Assembly: GCA_030704615.1 (NCBI GenBank)
Contig: CM060733.1
Coordinates: 47,244,001 to 47,308,000, forward strand
Origin: Takakia lepidozioides
Taxonomy: Eukaryota > Plantae > Bryophyta
Length of the DNA: 64,000 bases
Reading direction: 5' to 3'
The notes under the pieces are model-generated. The model worked only from the letters and a program-made list of their open reading frames with translations. It did no database searches and had not been told where the DNA came from. The number at the start of each line of letters is the position of its first letter. Position 1 is the stretch's first letter. Shown piece by piece: positions 34,762-47,067 of this stretch. The position numbers and the translations under genes were made by a program.

Positions 34762-36975
34762 AGCCGCACCCTACCAGGAAGTAATGGCTGCCCACGAATG
34801 ACGGCGGACATCTCCCGCCTAATGACACACCCTCCTCAAACCTAATCGTCACTCACTGCATGTTGTTTGCCTCTCTGTTTGTGCAAGTCGCAGCTACTCG
34901 CCCCCATTTGTGCTATGAAGGTTATGAGAGCTGTAGGAAGGTCAGAGGATAAGGCAAATCGCATGTTTAGTGGGTGGGTAACCAAAGTCAGGAACTAAAC
35001 TCACCCATCTATCGACTGCTTGAAAGTTGCTTCCACCTCCTTTATGGCAGCAATCCGGCGCTCTCGGAACTTCTCGTACTCAGTGAGAGGGACTGTCACT
35101 TCGAAGACCTTCCACTTCACCATGGACACTCAGAAACGACACTTACAGATGCAGAAGATATAGAAATAGCACATTGGCAGCCGGTGCAAAACAAGAGACA
35201 ATGCACTGTGCGTAGCATGCAAAGAGGGTAGGGGTGACGTTCAAAGCATGTACAATGCAGGTGGCGACCGGATGCGTAGGCGTAGAATAGATGACCGTCT
35301 ATGGCGAATGGAAGAAGTTTATGCCACAAGGAATGGGCATACAAAAATGCTATGCAACTGCGATGAGTGTCATGGAGGAAAACTACTGTTGTTGGAAATA
35401 GTGAGAAATCATTACATGATACACGGGAGGGATCATCTTCTCCGACGTTGTTCTCTTCCGGTACGATCGCCACTTTCCCTTCATCACTTTAGTTTGAATT
35501 TTGAATGCAACGATCATCTTCTCCACATGTCGACATTTCGTTTGGTGATTGTAGTCAAGAAGTCATAAGATACAGACGTGACTATGACTACGTCACTTCC
35601 GTTATCACTTTAATTAATGCACATGTCGTGTTTTCATTGGTCATGTGTAGTCATGTAGTCATATATGACTAACTAAGTGACTGCAACTATGACTTCAATG
35701 GCTACAAATGTCGTGTTTTGATTGGGTGTATATTCATAAGATACATACGTCAATATGACTGCATCACTGCAACGTCACCGTGCCTCCCATGTCATAATAT
35801 GAACAAGTGTCACATCGTTGTTGGTCCACTCACAAGATGACTATTGGGGTGCAAGGATGTGAATATTCAGATGATGAAGACGAAGGCCCTGCGGCACAGC
35901 GGGAGCCCAATGTCACAGAGAACGCAGATAAGGGAGGTGGATTGGAGGTAGAAATCCAGCGTGCATTGCAGGAAGCGTTTCTCTTTGCAGATGCAAACAG
36001 AGAGGACCCCATTCATGGTGGAACCGATCACACATTTGCTGATCATGACGATGACCTCAACGATTCCGGAGACAATGAATTTGATGAGAATGCTCAACTG
36101 CACGTTGATCCCGAGTATGATAAACTCTTCCGACAGTCGCAATGTCTTTTTGAAGGGTGCTCGATCAGCCGGCTGCAAGCAACTTTGACGTTGCTGAATG
36201 CATGCACTACCCACAAGTGCACCAATGCATTTGTGGATGAGCTTCTGGGATTGTTGCGTAAGAGTTTTTTGCCTAAAGAGAATTCATTGCCGAAAATTCA
36301 CTATGAAGCAAAAACCATGATTGCCAAGATGGGATTGCAGTATACCATGATTCATGCCTGTGAGCGTGGTTGTGTACTCTTCCATGGGGAGTATGAGAAT
36401 GTAGACATTTGCCCAGTGTGCCGCAGTTCCCGTTACATTCCAGGTCGTGGAAGTGTGCCCAAGAAAGTATTGCGACACTTCCCTGTCATTCCAAGGTTGA
36501 AACATATGTACCGATGTAAATCGATCACTAACCTCATGACATGGCACAACAGACATAAGAGCCAGGATGGGTTGGTTCGACATCCAGCTGATAGCAAAGC
36601 ATGGAGACACATTGACACCACATTTGAGGATTTTGCTGCAGAGCCACGATCTGTGCGATTTGGATTGGCCTTGGACGGTGTAAAACCCTAGGGAGCTCAA
36701 TCCACCAGTTGGAGCACATGGCCCGTTCTCTTGGTCAATTACAATCTGCCTCCGTGGTTAATGACCAAAAAGTTCTTTGTCATGTTAACGCTACTGATTC
36801 TTGGTAAGGAGTCTGTTATCTCGGACAACGTAGATGTTTACCTGATGCCCCTAGTGGAAGAGCTACTGGAACTATGGAGAGGGATTGCAGCTCATGATGT
36901 TTCCCGTCCTCGTGGTCAACACGAATTCACACTAAGGACAGTGTTGATGTGGTCAATCCATGACTACCCTGCATA

Positions 36976-37141
36976 CATCGTAGTTACGGCGTGAGCCCAG
37001 CCCCGTGAGCCTAGGAGCTGAGCTCACGCTTCAGGGAAGCGTGAGCGGCACAAATGTGCTGGAGAAGCAGGCCCTATATGCAAGGATTGCAGGAAGAGTA
37101 CCTATTACCGCGGACAAACGCGGACAAAACAAAGGGGCCTA
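36976..37141. mobile_element. About 166-bp insertion in TnpD with apparent TA duplication
   Basis: Splits the codon run DYPAY|GLLSG. TA at 36974-36975 and 37142-37143. Internal hairpin GCTCACGCTTC-AGG-GAAGCGTGAGC. Confidence 0.65.
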
Positions 37142-37273
37142 TATGGCTTGCTCTCAGGTCAAGTGACGAAAGGTTATGCTGGTTGTCCAGCTTGTGGACC
37201 CGGGGTGACTTCACAGCAGTTACACACATGTGGGAAAACTGTTTTCCTGGGCCACCGAAGATTTTTGGCCCGC

Positions 37274-37901
37274 ATGATAGTCATGTGATTTCATGCCAGA
37301 CAATTTCTTCTTCACCACATGCTTTTTGAAAGCTGATGTGTAGCCTGTTGGCACTTTCAAGTTCTGCACAATCTCCAAAAAGACTTGTAACTCAGCCTCA
37401 GTGAGGACATAAGGGGCAGGAGGCATAATTAACGTATCTGCTCTGTCAGGATCACGTTGTAGCCACAATTCCGGGCGCATCCCAAGTAGCTCCAAATCAC
37501 GGCGAACTTTCAATGTGTCTTTCTCACCAAAGATAGTTTTAATAATATTTTCAGCCAAGTTCTTCTCGCAATGCATTGCGTCAAACGTGTGGCGGATGAG
37601 GAGACCTTACAAAATGAACACATAAACAATTGAGCATTTACTCATCACAATTTAAACAGAAAACGCAAAATGTACACAGCCAATTTAAAGGCCATGAAGA
37701 AATTACCTCCCAATAAGGTAAGACATATAAAATTGACAATTGCTTAACTCCATGAGTTTTTGTTGGGTCTGTCCTGCTATCTGGCGTCCCTCCGTTTTCC
37801 ACCCATGCAGTGCGAGCTGTTGCAAGCTCCTTGATTTGTGTTCCAGTCTGCGTTTTTGGAGGAGTTCCATTCTCAGTAGCGCCATTGAACATTCTTGACC
37901 T
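37274..37901 (-). other. Inversion inside TnpD
   Basis: The segment SRMFNG...LPYWE, intron, LLIRHTFDAMHCEKN...KSHDYH is on the minus strand. The flanks (FLGHRRFLAR; MQQIIPLAIRG) are on plus. Confidence 0.9.
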
Positions 37902-39749
37902 ATGCAGCAAATTATACCGCTTGCTATCCGTGGGCTCATGGCAAGTGGTCCTCGCAGGGCCATTTTGCGAGTATGTCGTGTATTTAAGAAGTTGTGTGCA
38001 AAAGTGTAGAATATGAGGAATTGAGAACTGAAGCAGTTGTCACTCTGTGTCTTATAGAGAAGGAGTTCCCACCATCATTTTTTGATGTGATGACACATCT
38101 GGTTGTTCACCTAGTGGACGAGTTGTACTTATTCGTTCCCGTAGCATCTCGTTGGATGTACCCCATGGAGCGGGCAATGAAAGATATAAAGGGTTACGTA
38201 AGAAACATGGCAAGGCCCAAGGGGAGCATGGCAGAAGGATACCAATTTGAAGAAGCATTGGGTTTTTGCATAGAGTATATGGCAGGATTTGATGGAAGTG
38301 TACGAAGGGTGTGGGATGCAGATGAGGGAGAATATGTAGAACGTGAAGTTGTGGAAGGAAGTTCTAAAGCCCGAAAATTGAATGACCTGCATGATATTGT
38401 ACATGAGTACATCATTCAGAACCATCCTCGTCTGTCAGTCATGTTGGGGTAAGAAATCTACTTCATTGACATTCAGATTTCCAAGTTTTAGTCATTTCTC
38501 ATTAGTTGGCATATGATGTCTTTTCATATCTCCCACGCCACCTCTGTCAATCTCCTGGCTTACCCTCGGATTGTGACAGGATATATGAAGCAGAGTCCAC
38601 ATGGATAGAAGCCAGACGAAGCTTGTTTCGTGAGGAGCAAGGGCTGGAAGGCATGAGCAATCCCACGGCAATTCAGTACCCTCCTGATTTGCATCCATGT
38701 CCTCCATTTGCTATTTGGCTCCCTCAAGGTGTATGGGATCATCTCTCAATTCAATCAGATGGGCTTGATCCTACAACACGTGAGGAATTACTGGATCTTT
38801 CAAGGCCTCCATCATTTACTGCCCTGTCATTCAAGAGTATGACAATGTATGGTAACCATTACAGGGTTACATCCCCCGACATGAACACAACAAGTATGGT
38901 GTCTTTTGATTGTGGAGTCTCATCTGTTTTCCAGCACCAGCCCATTACCAACAATTCAGGCAATGACATGGAGGAACCTACAAGATATGTGGGTCTTATA
39001 AGGGAGATTTTGCAAATTGACTATGGCCAAACACAGCATATAGTGTTTTTGTGTTCGTGGGTACGGGCGCGTCGCGTGGGTCGTCAACCTATGTCAATGA
39101 AGCAGGTTGATGCTGGCTTCACACTGGTCAATTTTAACCGTATGTTTCCACCTTCTGAGCAACCTTTTGTGTTTCCTGGCCAGGTTGATCAAGTGTTTTT
39201 TTTCTGATTGTGTGAAGGAGCCGGGGTGGAAAGTTGTCGTGGAGAAGAGCCCCTGAGCATGTAGAGTGGTCTGCGACATATCAATTGATAATGATGATGT
39301 GGCGGAAGTGGAAGGATTGTTAGCCCCACAAAGACAAGAGGAGACTCTGGTTACTGATGGCCCAACATGCAGCCGAGCGGTACCGGTTACTCCAGAGTAG
39401 GTGGCCTCCTTGTACCTCCGAGCACCCCGTATATGTGGTGATGATGTTCAACCAACCCTTGGACAAGATCAAGTCTGTGATGAAGACAGTGATATATGCA
39501 GTGACCCAGACATAGATGAGGATGATGAAGATTAGATGTGCTAGATTTGTGCACTCCAGTTATAGACCATGCATGATAGTTTAAGGTGGTAACACTCCCT
39601 TCGCATTCCCATTAAGATATCATGCTTGGACAGTGGATTTTATGATCAATTATGAAGTGCTTTCCTTTCAGCACCCTTTATCCATTTGTTGTTGCAATTG
39701 GCTTTGGACCAACCCGTGCAAGTACCATTGCCATGGGTTCTCCCTGCAA

Positions 39750-41400
39750 TGTTTTCTTACCATGGATTCGGCACACGCCACGAAAGGCCATCCAGACCAT
39801 CATTTGGAAATGCTCCAATGTTGTTTCAAACATCTCCACATTGCAATGGATACAACACTGACATTAGATGAGTGAAAGTGAGACTAGACCTCCAGCCGGC
39901 TTTCCCACATCAAATTGAAGGGGATCTGTAGAGGATAGATACTGGCTGTTGCCTTCTCAATGTCTTTTCCAATCACCTCTGCAATGAACTGGGGTATAAG
40001 ATCTTTCAAATCACAAGTTTGAGCATCACGCACAAGCCTTTTACAGGGATTGAGTTTCCAATGCGAACCATTGGTCTTTTATTGATAGCATTGTTGTAAA
40101 ATACATGGACCAACATGGTCATTTTCGGGAATGACATATAGTACACTTTCATGTACTATGTAAGCACGCAACTATGTACCAGTGACGTGGCTTGTTCGCC
40201 ACTTAACCTGTTTGCCCATTCAGCCATCTCCACATTGCCATGGATTTTGCATGTTGGATTGTGAGGCCATCTACACCATCCTCTGGAAATGCTATCATGG
40301 GGTTTCAGCTATGTCCACATTATGCCTGCACGAAGCAAGGCCAACTGCATTCAGCACCCTCCACTTTATTATAGAATTGCAGCAACATTCAAAGCACTTC
40401 AATTTGTATCCATCGAGAACATCTAGGCTGGAAAAAGACATTGTTGCAGCAGAACTTAGGAAAGTACTTCTCCCCTTCCACTACACACGTGAAATGAAAT
40501 AAGCCAACCAACAACATACCAGCCAAGAAAATATGAAACCAGCCAAGAAAAGAGCCAATATATGTAGTGAAGGTCGACACTAAATGAAACTTATCCAGCA
40601 CTTATATTAGAGGAGGGAAGCTGAGTTTTACCTCCATAAGCTTGCCCACATCAAATTTGGGAGCTTTCAGAATTTTTCCTTTCCGGTTGAATGAACTTGG
40701 CTACAAGATCCTTCAAATCACAAGTTTGAGCTTCACACATGATGAACTTACATGGATTGAGCTTCATGCGAACCAGAAGTCTTATATTTATAGCATTGTT
40801 GTAAAACACATGGACCAACAATGACAGTCTCTGGAATGACATATAGTACAGTTTCATGTAGTATGTCGCACACAACTATGTACCAGTGACGTGGCTTCTT
40901 TGCCACTTGCCTCCTTTGCCCATTCAGCCATCTCCACATTGCCACGGACTCTGCATACACCACACAAGGCCATCCACACCATCCTCTGGAAATGCTATAA
41001 TGGTGTTTCAGCCATCTCCACATTGCAATGGATTCTGTCCGCACCAAGCAAGGCCAACTGCATTCAGTAGCCTCCACTTTATTATGGTATTGCAGCAACA
41101 TTGAAAGCACTTCAATTAATATCCAACAAGAACATGTAGGCTGGAAAACAAAAATTATTGCAGCAGAACTTACGTTCGTACTCCTCCCCTTCCACAACAC
41201 ACGGGAAATGTAAGCCCCTGGTACCTCAACATGCTCCCCTTCAAGCTCTTCCAACTCACCAACATGTCGCTCTATCTTTGCTCCCACCTCCTCACTGTAT
41301 GTGATCCCCATGAAAGCAGCCAAGCAACAAGATACCAGCCAAGAAAACAGTCAATGTATGTAGTGAACGTCGACACTAAACTGAAACTTATCCAACACTT
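39750..41400 (+). repeat. Tandem duplications with CAGCCATCTCCACATTGC(C/A)ATGGA subunits, interleaved with RPS3a pieces
   Basis: About 40010-40660 resembles about 40715-41465. The subunit recurs at about 39830, 40220, 40925 and 41010. Confidence 0.75.
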
Positions 41401-42190
41401 AAATTAGAGGAGGGAAGCGAGTTCTACCTCCATAAGCTTGCCCACATCAACTCTAGGAGCTTTCACAATATTTATTTTGTGGATGAAGGTGTTCTGTATA
41501 GGATACATACTAGCTGATGTCTTCTCAATGTCTTTTCCAATCACCTCTGGAATGAACTTGGCTACAAGAACCTTCAAATCACAAGTTTGAGCTTCATGCA
41601 CAATGATCTCCCTCATCTTCCACCGAAGCAAGCCGAGACATGGTAACACTACTTACATCAGGCTACATCTTGCGAAACTGGTGAAGGACCTGCATGGAAA
41701 TACTGGCTACATACGATGTTTTGCAGTGTTCCTGACAAGCAACCACCATTGCAACCGTCATGTTCTATGGAAATTTCTCACTCTCTCTCTCTTTCCCACT
41801 CACGCATGAACCTCAGAAATGGACATCAGAGACCTGAAATGCCTTCATTATCCCCAAAAACTATTGGCTGGTGTACTTGAGGTTCTATTTCTTTCAGAGA
41901 CTGCCATTCAACTTCTAAGAATTGCATCTCATTGTCGAAGAGCCCTAGAAATTGTCTAACATTTTTGAAATTGTGCGTAGCAAGTGCGTTTAATGTGGTT
42001 GGGTCGCTTCTTTGTGAAGCCAATGCAGAAAATCCACAACATGTAATTGTCTGTTGTTTGCACATCCACATGTGACTCTATCAGACTCTACCATTTCCGC
42101 ACCAGCCTCCATCAACTTGTCTGTGGTGAAATTTATTCCCTGCACCAATCCCAAGTCAATTTACAACACGACCTTTAACCCTGACAACAA
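39920..42190 (-). pseudogene. RPS3A: 40S ribosomal protein S3a fragments (intron-bearing; 3' part in three partial copies)
   Basis: GINFTTDKL; [39 protein letters not shown] (about 41970-42140); [33 protein letters not shown]...[12 protein letters not shown] then GT (41428-41625). Partial copies at about 40632-40745 and 39920-40030. Confidence 0.9.
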
Positions 42191-45100
42191 AAAAAGCTCA
42201 CTTTAGAGTACCAAAAGATAGATTTTTACCTGAGAATAAGCACTTCAATTTCGCTATAATGTACCGAGTGATAAGAGCCCCATACTGGAAGCATCACTGC
42301 ACCCACTTAAAATGAGAGTAACCTAAAAGTTAGTGAGGACATTGCGACCCTGCACATTCTTGATGAAGCCAGTTTGACAATTCGTACAGAGAACACATAT
42401 ACTGGCGGCCAGCTTCAACCTTTCTTTTGTAATATCTTCCATTATTTGACTGACCAACTTGTGATGACGACAATGCTACCCATATCCTAACAGCATTGCA
42501 TTCGAAAAGAATTCCCAAAATCAAGATCATGAGGGGAAATGTGAAGTTCCCTTTGGAACCTTTCACATAGAATGAAGGGATTGACAGCGAAATAAGGACA
42601 AAAAGGGGGAGGAAGATGCAGGTTCCGATTGGGATTTCGCATCGGGCCTGTAGCTTCATGATGGTGATTGGTTATAACTGCTAATGGAAGAGATATAGGC
42701 TTGGCAGCAGATATTTAAACGTTTCGATTATAACTTACCAATCTGACACCAAATAACCTTTGTCCATCCTATCGAACTCTCCATTCGAATTCGCATCGTC
42801 GATGCTATCCTGCAATCATCGCATTTGAAGACACGACCCGTCGTTCAGCCATACTGTCGCACATTCCCTCTCTGCAAACTCCACATTCCAAACGGCATCC
42901 TCTGCAGACGCTCACTTTACAGACTCAATGAAGAATGCGACTTAGTGCTCTACGATAACTACAAAATGCTTGAGCTATATCAAACCAATAGGAAACTAAT
43001 ACATGTACTAAGCTGATAGGATTTTGGCAAACATGGATGGATGAGCTCAGCCAATGGATGGATCCATTCATGTATATGTTTTCAAAATGACACGTGTACT
43101 AATAAAGTCATATAAATGTCTTTAAAATGCCACGTGTAGTGATGTAGTCATATATATAGAGTCATGAATCAATCTGCAGTCAGACAATCATAAGTTTACA
43201 TGCCATGTCATGCTGTGGATGAACTCGTCCAATGGATGAATACATTCGTGTATTTGCCTTCGAAATGATACGTGTAGCGATGTAGTCGTATAATTAGAGC
43301 TGTGAAACCATCTCCAGTCATGGAGTCATAACATTCCATGAAACGTCGTCCACGTGTAGTCAAACATATCACACTAGTCATATAAACCATCCCTGTCATC
43401 GTGGTCAACAATGTTTGACCAAAGCTCCCTAACTTTCCGGAGTCATGTCGTGATAAAACTATGACTGCAACGCATTTCAGCGCTCTGTAGTCATCTACCT
43501 AGTGCAGTTTTTATGACTCCGCCAAAGCCGTAGTCCTAAAAACGCTCATCTCTTGTAGTGACGACCCATCTTCTCACCCATAACCCTGGATGAAATTCCA
43601 TGGAAAGTAGAGCAGGATCCCTTGTTGCTTGAACTTTTGTGCCTGCACTTCCATCTTGTCTTTGTTAAGAGCGAGGATGGGCTGGGTAGAGTCATCTTGC
43701 ACGACAGAGTCATCCCAGAATACTTCAGGGGATACTCGGGAATCAAAGCGGAGTTTGGCCTCTTTCCCAGTATGGATATTCCAGAGGCCTCTGTGATAGG
43801 GGTTTTTTTTAATGCTCCATCCTCTACCCCTCCCTCATCCACCCGAATATCGACCACCGCGCTTCCCTCTCCTACTGTTTTCTCCTTGAGATGACAACAT
43901 GACTGGAAGAATTTGCAAAAACACACGAGCAATTCAGGAGGAAGAGAAATGAGAAAGATAAATTCCTTGGTTGTAGGAGCTGAAGGTGTCGAGCAGCAAC
44001 CTGGCTCTGACAACCCCTATAGCTGACAATGCAATAGATTAGGAGGTGAATGAATAATCATACAACTGAAGAAAGTAGTCGCAACAAGCGAATTAACAGC
44101 AAATGTATGTCAGAGTTGGCCCCTTAAGATATCACTTTGCCTTGTCTTTGACAATTACAATTTAAAGTTGGCCAAAAGAGAGATGAGTTATGAAATGCAA
44201 CAGACAAAGTTAAGAATTGCAGGCAAGCTGGATTCCAATCCTTAATCCAACATAAATCTGCTAGTGCTTGGGATTGAAGAGGAACGCTTCGAAGGTCGGC
44301 GAGGTTGTCGAGCGGCTTTATATTCTCTGACGCCTCATACAACTTATGGAGGAGTTGTTTTGTGTAGTTAAGGGACACACATGAGTAGCATTTGCCTTAA
44401 AGGGCTTAAGTGCTTTCAGAATCCTAAGGGAGAGCGGTAAAACATTCAACTTTGGTGCAGAATCCAACATGCCAACGCTGATCAGGGCAGCTAGATTTTA
44501 TCACGCTGCTCAGGGGAGGCTGAGTAGTGCAACACCCCCAGAGTGTGCAGGTAGCGGTGGCGGCGTCTTGGTTTTGAGAAGGAGAATTAGGGTAATGAAC
44601 AAGAGGCTTGAACAGATTCATTTAGCTTTCGTTATCAGCTATCCATACATTAGGAGGGGCCTCTTAGGTAGGCGTAATATGGAATCCAAAGGAATATCAA
44701 TCATGTTGTAGCCTCTGTACATTGACAAACCCTTGTGAGACGATTAAGCACCTGCCAAGGGCTAGGCAAAATAGGGAGAGAGGCTTCATTGAGCCTTTAG
44801 TCCCCTCATATCAACCATGGAGAAGCGGGAGAGATGAAGCCAGGGGGAGCTGGTCCATGGGAGGCGTGGGGCTTAGAAAAACTAAGTCCCTAGAGGCTCT
44901 CACTGCAACTTGCGGAACCCCCCCGCCCCCAATCTCCCCATCCTCCGTCCTGGCAGGGTTTCAGTGTTCAAAACCTATTTGTATTCCATGTCCTCTCACG
45001 GCTCTATAATTGTCACTGTGGAAAGGGTAAAGGCAGATGTGGGTGGACCAAAAACTGTGTAACATGGCAGTTTTTGCAGTGACATTCCTCCATGGTTTCA

Positions 45101-45414
45101 CCCATAGTTTTCCAACAACTCAATATTTCATCTACATTTATATGGTGTAGGGTCTCCAATTACGATAGGTATGTGTACCAACTATTAGATTGCAAAAACG
45201 ATCACGTATCAAAGAGCTATGGATTTTTAAAGTTGATTACTATGGACTGCAGATGTTACAACATAAAATCTTATGGACTAAAGAAACAACATCAACCACT
45301 CATATAGCACCAAGGAAAACATATTAGGGGTGCCATTTTTAAAACCAACCCAATTCCAGTTTTATATGGACTAGTTACCTTTGGAATTGAGAGCTATAGA
45401 CTATTCTACGGAAC

Positions 45415-46161
45415 ACACTAGACATAGGATGGGAGTTGAATGCGCACGTGCCAGCCTGCCGGTACGGTCACCGGGGCTTGCCGGAGCCGGGACGCCCTTG
45501 GCAGGGCCCGCAGTCAAATCCCCACCCCCGCGACCCCGCGCCGTGCTGTTATTGCCTGTATTATAGTACAAAACAAAAAAATTCTGAGGGGTGGCAAGAA
45601 AGTGGCGGGTAGCTTGGCGGCTAGGTGCATTGACCAGTATTATTTTCAAACCTTGCCCATGGCACGATGTAAATCGTTTATTTAAGGAATTGACTAAGGT
45701 ACCATTAGTTTTTTGCATCTCCAAAAAATTTCTAAGTCCCTTAAGCAGTTCTCCACTCCCATGTTCCCAATCGCTGCTCCCATGTTCTCCGCTCCCCTCG
45801 CTCTCATGTGTCCGCCGCTCCCCTGTGTTACTGCTCCCCTGTTACTACTCCCGGCTCCCTTGTGCTATTGCTCCCTCGTTTTACTGCTTCATTGCTCCAA
45901 TAACAGGGGAGCGGAGGAGCGGGGATCAATAATAGGGGAGCAGGGGAGCGGGGAGCAATAACAGGGGAGCGGGGAACAGGGGATCGGCGGAGCGGGAACA
46001 TGGGAGCGCCGCAGTGGAAACATGGAGCGTGGGACCCTCGGATGGGCGTGAAGCATACACGAGGGAAGCGGGGGTGGGGATTTGACCGCGGGCCCCCTGC
46101 TCCAGGGATCGTACGGCAAGCCTCGCACGCGTGCATTCAACTCCCATCCTATGTCTAATGT
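45415..46161. mobile_element. Non-autonomous foldback/TIR element
   Basis: TIR ACACTAGACATAGGATGGGAGTTGAATGC with GCATTCAACTCCCATCCTATGTCTAATGT. Internal GCTCCCC/GGGGAGC palindromic array at about 45770-46030. Possible TSD GAAC/AAAC. Confidence 0.85.
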
Positions 46162-47067
46162 AAACCCTATTCTACACCTAAAAAATAGGTTGATTTGCTC
46201 TAGTAGAGATTAAAATATCTACTAAACAATGTCTTCAATATTTGGGGGGGGGGCATTTTACCAAAAAAAATCAAGTATATTATTATCTGTTTTTCTAAAA
46301 ATAAATTGAAAAAACAGTCTTTTTTTTTCATGGACTTCCAATGGACTCAACATCTGCCATTTTTGGTCCATCCATTCGTGCATACACTCGAACACAACAA
46401 TTTATATATGATTACTTTATAATATTATGGATGTAGGATTAATATTTCTTTAGAGCCTGCCCTGCAATACTCTAGCTTACAGTGATAAATGACTCTTAAG
46501 CTAGCTTCGGTTCCAAAGTCTTCATTCTATGGGATAGCATGTCATATCCACATGAGAACATTTTGAGAATCCACTTGAAGCAATTTCTAAATAACCAAAT
46601 TTTAAACAAGGTGCATGAAAAATAATATTACAAAATTAAAGTTTGTGCCATGTGGACCTTCATATGTACTCTTCACCACCACAAGCTTTTCCAGATATCT
46701 AGCTGATATATATGTAACACCCTCAATTAGTAAAATATTTTCACTTTTCTAATGCAATGTTTCAATGGAATAGACATATAGTTGTCAATCTTTATTAAAA
46801 TTACAGGAAATAAAATATTTGATATTAATTTAGTTTCCTGATTTCACATGTGCTAAAGGAGTTTGAAGAAGAAGGTATAATTTAGATTCTATAAACTCCA
46901 CCCAACCCCACTCCTAGTAGTTTGTTAGGAGAAGTGGCTCTTATTTGATTTGGTGGATTTAGACTGTCAATAGGCATAATCATATACCATTGTTCTCAAT
47001 GAAATTCTCATGTCTATGAATATGATATGTAATAGTGAAGAAATTCAAGTATTGAGAGGGTTGTGAG

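Larger units (their letters stand above)
35248..39260 (+). pseudogene. CACTA TnpD transposase (transposase-associated, Transposase_21, DUF4218-like and DUF4216-like regions), disrupted
   Basis: CNCDEC...VRNHYMIHG; IHACERGCVLF...CPVC...RHFPVIPRL...RHPADSKAW...GLALDG; YNLPPW; SIHDYPAYGLLSG; MHCEKN; KSHDYH; FFDVMTHLVVHL...RWMYPMER; YVGLIREI...QPFVFP.QVDQVFF. Contains stops, an insertion and an inversion. Confidence 0.92.
1..43560 (+). mobile_element. Large CACTA/EnSpm DNA transposon; right end only, left end presumed outside the window; hosts nested insertions
   Basis: Ends ...CTCATCTCTTGTAGTG at 43560 (reverse complement CACTACAAGAG). GTAGTCA/TGACTAC-type subterminal repeats at about 43130-43545. 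TnpD domains at 35248-39260 and a TnpA-like gene on the opposite strand. Extending the element to base 1 is inference. Confidence 0.7.

Noticed and set aside
43561-45010. Possible LINE 5'/ORF1 remnant flanking the CACTA end
   Set aside because: Fragmentary minus-strand ORFs with no motif I can identify with confidence.
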